32,000 bases of DNA, taken from assembly GCF_000010625.1 (NCBI RefSeq), contig NC_010296.1:2970001-3002000 (forward strand). The letters run 5' to 3'. This document shows, piece after piece, positions 25,655 through 32,000 of the stretch; the first letter of the stretch is position 1; each line of letters starts with the position of its first letter. The notes below the pieces were generated by a model. That model was not told the DNA's origin, searched no databases, and saw only the letters and a list, made by a program, of their open reading frames with translations. The DNA is from Microcystis aeruginosa NIES-843 (GTDB taxonomy: Bacteria; Cyanobacteriota; Cyanobacteriia; Cyanobacteriales; Microcystaceae). The position numbers and the translations under genes are program-made.

Positions 25655-26578
25655 TTATAATATTTCATAGCCGAGTTCAGATAATAGAGAATTATATTTT
25701 TCCTTAAAATACTGTTTATGTTCATCATTAAAATGGTTTTTCCAATCTCCTGTAATTCCCTTCCGATAATGACTCTTGATATTTTCTTCTCCTGGTTTTC
25801 TAGCCCCCGATAGTTTAATAAAATTATTATCATATACAATACTTAATAGCCGCCAAGGATAAAGCGGGGATCGAAAAGATAGCAAGTTCAAATTATTAAC
25901 GGGCATATATCTTGAGTATATTAGTTTTGAAATAACCTTCTGTAATCTGTAGTTTATCACAGATTTGAGAGCTATATTATTAGATTTTTCTAAAATTCCT
26001 AGAAACTGAAAAATATCTAGAAATTTGCTGTAGGGGTTAGAAACTAACTCTTCAAACTTGATCTCCATGATGTTAGGGCATGAGTAGTTCCACCCAAACA
26101 TATCTTTAAATACATTTACTTCTACTCCATCATATTTTAACCTCTCAAGATGTTCCATTGTTAAAAACAATCCTTCGTCTTTGGAAACTTTTTCTAATTG
26201 CTTTCTATAATCGACCAACTCAGGCCAGAATTGATCGCTGTGACTATACAGGTGAGAAAAGTAAGCTGATACTACTGTATCACGGGGGTCTCTGATCACG
26301 TGAAAACCTTTAAAATTTTGCAGGATTGGATTGACGTAATTTATATCGGCGTTGGTGTAGGATAAAAATTGAATTTTATTTCTGTTGATTGCTTCGGCTA
26401 AATCGAAGTTGAACATCTTGGGACTGTGGAAGTGCGTACTTTTAATTCCTATTTCCGAACACACCGAATAAACTACTTTTAAAATCCAGCTTGAACCAGC
26501 TTTATGATGACCGAAATAAGCTAGTATCGGGGTGTCCGTACTTATTGCAAGGTTTTTCATAAAAATATGATGAAACAT
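25655..26578 (-). CDS. Sulfotransferase family protein
   Basis: PAPS 5'-phosphosulfate-binding loop-like 'GHHKAGSSWILK'. 3'-phosphate-binding motif 'HVIRDPRDTVVSAYF'. C-terminal 'HYRKGITGDWKNHF'. Confidence 0.8.
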   Translation of the reverse strand: MFHHIFMKNLAISTDTPILAYFGHHKAGSSWILKVVYSVCSEIGIKSTHFHSPKMFNFDLAEAINRNKIQFLSYTNADINYVNPILQNFKGFHVIRDPRDTVVSAYFSHLYSHSDQFWPELVDYRKQLEKVSKDEGLFLTMEHLERLKYDGVEVNVFKDMFGWNYSCPNIMEIKFEELVSNPYSKFLDIFQFLGILEKSNNIALKSVINYRLQKVISKLIYSRYMPVNNLNLLSFRSPLYPWRLLSIVYDNNFIKLSGARKPGEENIKSHYRKGITGDWKNHFNDEHKQYFKEKYNSLLSELGYEIL

Positions 26579-26604
26579 TAAGGATGTAGTACCACATTAT
26601 AGCA

Positions 26605-27114
26605 TCAGAAAAGTTTTTTTGACAAGTTCAGCCTAAAAAAAACTTCTTTGGTAGAATGGCTCTTCGGTTTGTGTTATGCAATTGACGGGGAGTATAAGGG
26701 ATGGAACCCTTATATAGAAAGGCATTTAGCGATTTTTGTCAATTATTTTTGATCTAGAGCGAACTAATCAATTAAGTCTCTTGCCAGATAAGGATTTAGT
26801 CGATTTATGCCCCCCTATCGAACCATACCAAGTAACGAAGAACCGGTAGAATTATCTATAATTGTCAAAGGACGTTTTTCTATTTGAAAAAGACTGCAAT
26901 AAGCTTCTAGGTAAACAACCACAGCACTATTAATTATGTGGTCTTTTCCTTGAATTCCAGGCCCAAGAAAATCTACCTGATCATTTTCAAAAGCGAAAAA
27001 ATAGGGTTCTTTCTTGGGACTTATGTAAACTTCTGGGTGTTGCCCCAAGTATTGAGCTAGGGATGTGGTGCCAGACTTGGGGGCACCAATAATTAGGAAG
27101 TTAGGCATAGTCAT
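26605..27114 (-). pseudogene. Sulfotransferase N-terminal fragment carrying a MITE insertion
   Basis: 'MPNFLIIGAPKSGTTSLAQYLGQHPEVYISPKKEPYFFAF' is a classic sulfotransferase N-terminus with a PKSGTT P-loop. The ORF runs into the MITE at 26844 (...IIDNST|GSSLLGMVR*). After in-silico excision it continues only ...DNSTKEVFFRLNLSKKLF* (about 104 aa). It therefore lacks the RDP motif region and the C-terminal two thirds. Confidence 0.7.
26658..26844. mobile_element. 187-bp MITE (family E, copy 1)
   Basis: Termini are GGCTCTTCGGTT... and ...AACGAAGAACC, an imperfect 12-bp inverted repeat of the form GGYTCTTCGKTT. Perfect 8-bp duplication GGTAGAAT at 26650-57 and 26845-52. Colinear, in reverse complement, with 31352-31538. 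Confidence 0.85.
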
Positions 27115-27147
27115 ATAATTTAGCTCTCTACTAATAACAGTAATTAA

Positions 27148-27981
27148 TTAGAAATTATAACCCAATAAACCAGCTATATCCCGACTCGAATCTTCTATAA
27201 ACTTTCTATCTGACTCGGATAATTCTCGTCCACGATTGGCTACACCTTGACGAACAAATGACATTTTTTCGTTAACTAAATTTAAAGATGCGTGCTTTAA
27301 TTCTGATTCCTTCATTCGTTCTTTTGAACTCAAGGCGATCGCTTTTTCCAGAGAACTATCATCCATTATCATACCTAAAGACTCCATTAAAAGAAAGAGT
27401 TGTAATTTAGTATCTTCCAGAAAATCTTCATATCTAAATATTTTGATTCTCTGACTGGCTGGGTTGTGATCAAAATACCAAGACTTGCTGTGTTTTACCC
27501 AACTCATAATACCGTACTTATCATCTCTGATTAGCTCTGATATGGTAGTTGCCTCAGAAATTTGCTTTAGTCCCTTGAGATAATGATAATAGGAAACCAT
27601 TACATCTCTGGGATCTCTGACTAGGAGAATGACTCTGTAGTAGTACGGGTTATAGGCAGAGTGACTTTTAATAATTCTAGGTAAGTCTGTTCTTCCAAAA
27701 GGCCCAGTTGGCTGTAGGTTTATCTTGCCTCGCGGAGAAGGTATGATACCCAAGATAGTAAAAAAATTGACATCTTGATCTATTCGATAATGGACTTTGA
27801 TAGCATTAGCAATTAAAAATCTTAACCATGTGTTTCCTGATTTTGGATAGGAAACGAGGAAAACATCCTCTACCACATGATTTTTATGCAGAGAACGCCC
27901 ATACTTGATTTTTTTTGCTATTCGACTAGGCAAGGTCAAGATGTTTAAAGAATTCAATGGAAAGGATAGTATGTTTTTCAT
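27148..27981 (-). CDS. Sulfotransferase domain protein
   Basis: 'VSYPKSGNTWLRFLIANA' (5'-PSB loop), 'ILLVRDPRDVMVSYYHY' (3'-PB motif) and 'SFVRQGVANRGRE' near the C-terminus. Confidence 0.85.
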   Translation of the reverse strand: MKNILSFPLNSLNILTLPSRIAKKIKYGRSLHKNHVVEDVFLVSYPKSGNTWLRFLIANAIKVHYRIDQDVNFFTILGIIPSPRGKINLQPTGPFGRTDLPRIIKSHSAYNPYYYRVILLVRDPRDVMVSYYHYLKGLKQISEATTISELIRDDKYGIMSWVKHSKSWYFDHNPASQRIKIFRYEDFLEDTKLQLFLLMESLGMIMDDSSLEKAIALSSKERMKESELKHASLNLVNEKMSFVRQGVANRGRELSESDRKFIEDSSRDIAGLLGYNF

Positions 27982-28154
27982 AAGGTTTCGTCTTTATATA
28001 TTCACCAGTTTCTCACCGGCCATCATAACACACAGTTTTACATAATATAGGTCTTTCCTAGATCGCAAAAAGTACTTATCAAGTAACTATAAGCTAAGAC
28101 GCATTTAAACCGCTTATTCTTAGATTAGCCGAACCTCCCCCAATCCCTTTACTG

Positions 28155-28182
28155 TTGCCTTTTGCCTCTTGCCTTTTGCCTC
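28155..28182. repeat. 14-bp tandem repeat x2 (TTGCCTTTTGCCTC)
   Basis: Two perfect adjacent copies in the 368-bp gap between the Wzy-like gene stop and the sulfotransferase start. Confidence 0.8.
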
Positions 28183-28349
28183 GTTTCAACAAGCAATTTA
28201 AATTACGAACAGCTTAGCAGTTTTCATCAGAATCAGGCATGGGCAAGGGGCTTAAACCATTTGTTGGCAAAACTTGTCGATACGTCAGTAACGGGAAAAG
28301 TGCTATATTTAGTTAGTCCATAATTATAACTCCGTTTATAGAATTGAAT

Positions 28350-29717
28350 TCATATTTTATATCCTTTATATTTCTTGTATTTTTTTTTGTAGTATTCTCT
28401 GATTAAAAGTATTAACCAAATAATCAAAAAACGAAAGACAGAGCCTAGACTTAACAATAGCAAAAACAGGGCAATAAAAGAAGTAAAAATAATCAAGAAA
28501 TTATTTTTTGTAGAATCTCCAAATCTACAAATTAAGGCAATTGTAATTGGACCGATAAAAGCTCCTACCCAACCAAAATTAGATAAGGATTCCCCCAACC
28601 AAGTCCCTGTTATACCGAAGAGAACATCTTTGGGAGATATGTTAAAAGAGGCCGCTGCCACATATTTTTGGTAATTATAAGTAATGGGTTTACCTGGACA
28701 CAAAAAGCGAGGAATATATAAAACTAAAGCATGATAAACTGTCTGAAGTCGATGATCGAGTATCTTAAGTTTATCAGGATTTAATTCTGAATAAATAGAC
28801 AGTTTAAGCAGATGGTCTCTACCATAATCGAAACGAGATATTTCATACATTTGCTTTGTATCTATACCCCTGACTAAGGAAGTTTGATAAGAATAGGAAA
28901 AAAGACCAAAAACTAATAATAAACCCAATAAAAATGCTAAGATTTTTACTCTATTAAAAGCTTTTTTTAATAGAAAAGTGAGGATTAAAGCGAAAATCAT
29001 AAAAGCAACAATATGCCGCTTGCCGTTAAGCCATATTGTTATGGATGTTGGTATTATAACACTTGCCCAAAAGTACAAATTCATTAGTGACAAATTTTTA
29101 TTTTTTTGCAATAAAATCACTGTTATCATTCCACTCAAACTGAGTAAAGAAGAAAGATGTATAAGTTGATGAAATTTTTCCTCTTCTTCCGACAAGAGAC
29201 CAGCACCTTTTGCTCCGTAAGTGATGTAGAGACCGGGATTAGGACTAAATGACCAAAGAATGACAGGTAAGAATAAAAGAAAGTAACCAATAAGTAGTAT
29301 CATTAATAACTTAAATTGTTTACCGAGCTTATACCTATTGCTGGAACCAATTAAGTTAACCCAAAATGTTTGATTATTGATTAATAATCTTCCATGACTC
29401 TCCTTGTCTTTGGGGATTCCATTGTACCACAATACTACTGGCACGATAGCAATGTATAGGCAGTAAATCAAAAAGGTTGTTTCATCCCTAACAGCCACTC
29501 TTAGATTATCAAGTCCACGAAAAAAGTCGTACTTAGGTTCACCAATTACTAAATCTAATAATAACGGCACACCAAAAAATAAAAAATTAATGATAATTAC
29601 TAAGTAGGCAGAGTAATAGCGCTTAAATATTATATTCTTGCCGGACAAAAAAGCCCAAAATAAAAGCCAGGCAAAGGTTATTATCTTAACTAAGTTAATC
29701 TCATTTTCGCTCATCAT
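28350..29717 (-). CDS. Polytopic membrane protein, putative oligosaccharide repeat-unit (O-antigen) polymerase Wzy
   Basis: 455 aa, with about 10-12 hydrophobic segments and very AT-rich coding sequence. It lies directly downstream of a Wzx flippase in a glycosyltransferase cluster. I saw no diagnostic motif; the call rests on topology and context. Confidence 0.55.
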   Translation of the reverse strand: MMSENEINLVKIITFAWLLFWAFLSGKNIIFKRYYSAYLVIIINFLFFGVPLLLDLVIGEPKYDFFRGLDNLRVAVRDETTFLIYCLYIAIVPVVLWYNGIPKDKESHGRLLINNQTFWVNLIGSSNRYKLGKQFKLLMILLIGYFLLFLPVILWSFSPNPGLYITYGAKGAGLLSEEEEKFHQLIHLSSLLSLSGMITVILLQKNKNLSLMNLYFWASVIIPTSITIWLNGKRHIVAFMIFALILTFLLKKAFNRVKILAFLLGLLLVFGLFSYSYQTSLVRGIDTKQMYEISRFDYGRDHLLKLSIYSELNPDKLKILDHRLQTVYHALVLYIPRFLCPGKPITYNYQKYVAAASFNISPKDVLFGITGTWLGESLSNFGWVGAFIGPITIALICRFGDSTKNNFLIIFTSFIALFLLLLSLGSVFRFLIIWLILLIREYYKKKYKKYKGYKI

Positions 29718-29785
29718 ATCTCCTTAGTAAGTTTTCTCTGATAACATCGAAACGCAAATAATTAAGTAGGGAGGCAAAATTATTT

Positions 29786-29850
29786 GTAGGATGGGTTAGC
29801 GGTAGCGTAACATAATCGGGCGTTGGGTTTCATGCTTCAACCCAACCTAC
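29786..29850. repeat. Nested palindromic element (GTAGGATGGGTT ... GTTGGGTT-n9-AACCCAAC-CTAC)
   Basis: The outer arms GTAGGATGGGTT (29786-97) and AACCCAACCTAC (29839-50) pair at 11/12. The inner hairpin GTTGGGTT tcatgcttc AACCCAAC is perfect. The element lies between the wzx stop and the wzy start. It resembles the GTTGGGTT/AACCCAAC palindromes I recall as dispersed repeats in cyanobacteria. Confidence 0.5.
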
Positions 29851-29881
29851 GTTCATCTTATATTTAATTCCACCCACCCAT

Positions 29882-31183
29882 TTAAATTGCCGTAGATTTG
29901 ATGCCCAATTTTTGGCGTACCCAGATAGCACTGATAACATTGCCCACAATCATCGAGATTGCGGTGGCAGTGGCTGCACCATTCACCCCCCACTTCGGTA
30001 TTAGTAGCCAATTAAGACAGACATTTAACAAAGCGGCAAATGCCACAGTTGCTGCACTAAATTTAGCATGGCGGGTCATATTTAGCAATAGACCCACGGA
30101 ACCAGTCAGAGCGTTAACCAGATAGCCAATACTCAAAATTATCAAAGCTGTTTGTCCCTGTATAAACTCAGCACCAAAAAGCTGTAAGATCGAGTATCTC
30201 AATGCAATCAACCCCAAAGTCATGACTAGAGCAAACAAGCTGATTAAACGAGTGCTATGAGTAACCAGCCTTTGCAGTTGTTCCCGCTTTCCCTCTGCAT
30301 ACAGTGTAGCAAAAGTTGGCGAAAGGACGTTATTCAATATTCCCAGGGCAAAAACAATCAGAGAAGTGACTCGACTGACTACTGCGTAAACTCCCACCGC
30401 ACCCGCACCCTTGAAGGCACCGAGCATCAATATATCGATACGAGAGTTAATCACCGCTAGTCCTCCTAGCAAAATAAACGGTAAGCCGTCCTTCAGCCAA
30501 GTCAGAATTTTGTATTCAGGTTTAGCCTGTTTAACCTCTTGGGGAAGCACTCTGGCTAATAGTACCACACCAACGACAAAAGTAATGCCAAGAGATATCA
30601 ATTTTAAGCCCATCACCCAGACAGTGATATTTTCTTGATTTCTAAGAAACCAGTAGCTAGAAATCGTCAGGATAATAAAAACTAAGGGAGCTAGTAGATT
30701 TTCTGGCATTTGCCCTAAAACCACCCTGTGTAAACCCTTCATCGTCGCTAGTCTCAAGCTAGTTAAAGAGACAATTGGTAAGGAAATCATCGCTACACAC
30801 AGAGATGGTAATAAGTCCGGCTCCCTGACTTGTCCCCAGTTCAGAATAATAGCAATAGCAACTAATGCCATTAGGCTAGAAACTATGAAGACAATTGCAT
30901 TTGCCCATTGTAATAGACCACGCATTAATCCCCAAGCTGACTGACTACTATAGATAGCCACTTCTCTGACTAATAAGTTATTAAAGCCTAGAGTCGCAGG
31001 AATGCCCAGCAAAGCCGGCCAAGTCATTGCATAAGTATAAACCCCAAAGCCATTTTTACCGAGCCAGCGAGCTAGAATAATACTGGTCAGAAAACTAAGG
31101 GTCATGAAAGCAACTCTTAAACCAAGAGAACCCGTCGCATCTCGAATTAAACGTTCTTTCAGTTTTAAGGGAGTTTTCTTCAT
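29882..31183 (-). CDS. wzx: Wzx-type oligosaccharide flippase (MOP superfamily polysaccharide biosynthesis protein)
   Basis: 433 aa, about 12 TM segments. The N-terminal 'GSLGLRVAFMTLSFLTSIILARWLGKNGFGVYTY' is typical of PST/MOP flippases. Confidence 0.85.
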   Translation of the reverse strand: MKKTPLKLKERLIRDATGSLGLRVAFMTLSFLTSIILARWLGKNGFGVYTYAMTWPALLGIPATLGFNNLLVREVAIYSSQSAWGLMRGLLQWANAIVFIVSSLMALVAIAIILNWGQVREPDLLPSLCVAMISLPIVSLTSLRLATMKGLHRVVLGQMPENLLAPLVFIILTISSYWFLRNQENITVWVMGLKLISLGITFVVGVVLLARVLPQEVKQAKPEYKILTWLKDGLPFILLGGLAVINSRIDILMLGAFKGAGAVGVYAVVSRVTSLIVFALGILNNVLSPTFATLYAEGKREQLQRLVTHSTRLISLFALVMTLGLIALRYSILQLFGAEFIQGQTALIILSIGYLVNALTGSVGLLLNMTRHAKFSAATVAFAALLNVCLNWLLIPKWGVNGAATATAISMIVGNVISAIWVRQKLGIKSTAI

Positions 31184-31208
31184 CTTTTTCTTTGCTCCAG
31201 AGATGCTA

Positions 31209-32000
31209 CTAAGTCCATCGTGAATAAACTTTTCTGATTTCTTCCTCCGTGTAAAAATGATTAAAGTATTTAGAACTGCACATCTCCTCTACATAAGATA
31301 GTGGTAATTTGAGATTTTGCTTAAATTCTTTATACATATCTCGATAATTTTGGCTCTTCGGGACTTGGTATGGTTCGATAGGGGGGCATAAATCGACTCA
31401 ATCCTTATCTGGCAAGAGATTTAATTGATTAGTTCGCTCCAGATCGCCAACAATTGACAAAAATTGCGGCAATGTCTGTCTCTATAAAGGTTTCATTCCT
31501 TATAACCCCGTCCATTGCATAAGACAAACCGAAGAACCATAATTTTTATCTTCTCCCACGTTCGTCCTTACTAACTTAAATTCTTTTAAACCCAGAAATT
31601 CGGCGATTGCTTTTTCCTTTACACTGTCAGAGGTTTCTAGTTTGAGGATCAATAAATCCACATTATCTTTGTTAATTCTTAAATATCCCTGCTCTTTCGG
31701 AAAAGGATATTCATAAACATCTATCCCTAAAAATGGCTTGAAGTAATTATCGAACCAGTCTAGGGGAGTTGAATGAGGGAAAAAATTGATAAATATATCC
31801 CTTAGCTCTTGGGGAGTAAAATTGGATTGTTCATACTTTTTCCCTGTTTCTCTTTCAAAGTTCTGAAAAAAAGCTGCAACATTTCTACCTATTGGTTCCC
31901 TAGTTAAAGAAATAATTTTTACTTGTTTTTTCGGGGCAATTATTTTGTTATATAAAAATTTACCCTGTCTGAGTAGCATTTCTCTCTCCAGTTTTACGCT
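31209..32000 (-). pseudogene. Sulfotransferase-like / capsular-polysaccharide-synthesis family gene, interrupted by a MITE; 5' end runs off the window
   Basis: The track ORF 31500..31979 contains 'IISLTREPIGRNVAAFFQN', an RxP...R motif reminiscent of the sulfotransferase 3'-PB site. It ends in MITE-encoded GSSVCLMQWTGL*. Removing 31352..31538 plus one 8-bp duplication continues ...GEDKNYRDMYKEFKQNLKLPLSYVEEMCSSKYFNHFYTEEEIRKVYSRWT* to a stop at 31209, 25 bp upstream of the wzx start. The frame is open upstream of 31979 to the window edge. Confidence 0.6.
31352..31538. mobile_element. 187-bp MITE (family E, copy 2; inverted relative to copy 1)
   Basis: The + strand starts GGCTCTTCGGGACTTGGTATGG and ends ...CAAACCGAAGAACC. 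Perfect 8-bp duplication ATAATTTT at 31344-51 and 31539-46. The reverse complement aligns end to end with 26658-26844. Confidence 0.85.

Noticed and set aside
25648-25839. 63-aa ORF overlapping the 3' end of the sulfotransferase gene on the same strand
   Set aside because: It is an alternative frame nested in a motif-supported CDS, with an AT-rich, low-complexity translation.
28978-30638. Plus-strand ORFs 28978..29169, 29898..30125, 30257..30460 and 30411..30638
   Set aside because: They are antisense to the Wzy-like and Wzx membrane-protein genes and are typical shadow frames.
26650-31546. The idea that the two family-E MITEs and the intervening genes form a composite transposon that inserted en bloc, or that the segment is already inverted
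   Set aside because: Each MITE is flanked by its own perfect 8-bp duplication (GGTAGAAT and ATAATTTT). The outer flanks do not match each other, so there was no en-bloc insertion. The TSDs are not exchanged between copies, so this sequence carries no fixed inversion.

Overview
This window looks like a cyanobacterial chromosome segment. HIP1 octamers (GCGATCGC) occur at 4358, 4403 and 7217, among others. The gene content and the very dense IS/MITE load suggest a Microcystis-like genome; that assignment is inference only.

Layout:
- 16-2956: an MmeI-family Type IIL restriction-modification gene split by a 182-bp MITE.
- 3.2-9.5 kb: housekeeping and conserved genes (DUF29, a secreted Cys-repeat protein, moeB-rhodanese, gcvH, a Pat-like ADP-forming acyl-CoA synthetase/GNAT fusion).
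- 9.7-15.8 kb and 21.7-32.0 kb: two halves of one minus-strand Wzx/Wzy-type polysaccharide locus. It holds glycosyltransferases, two SDR epimerases, two SAM methyltransferases, and two intact plus two disrupted sulfotransferase-type genes. It is visibly more AT-rich than the housekeeping block.
- 15.87-21.7 kb: an accessory island separating the two halves. It holds an IS5/IS1182-like IS, a Harbinger-like IS, their MITE derivatives, Uma2, DUF433 and a decayed Phd/VapC-like toxin-antitoxin module. An IS630 element follows at 22.3-23.3 kb.

At least five MITE families can be delimited to the base from terminal inverted repeats (TIRs) and target-site duplications (TSDs). Four of the MITE copies sit inside genes. 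For three of those genes, in-silico excision restores the reading frame.

The most interesting structure is a pair of 187-bp MITEs in inverted orientation. They bracket the wzx-wzy-sulfotransferase core, and each one disrupts a sulfotransferase-type gene.

I found no tRNA, rRNA or CRISPR array.
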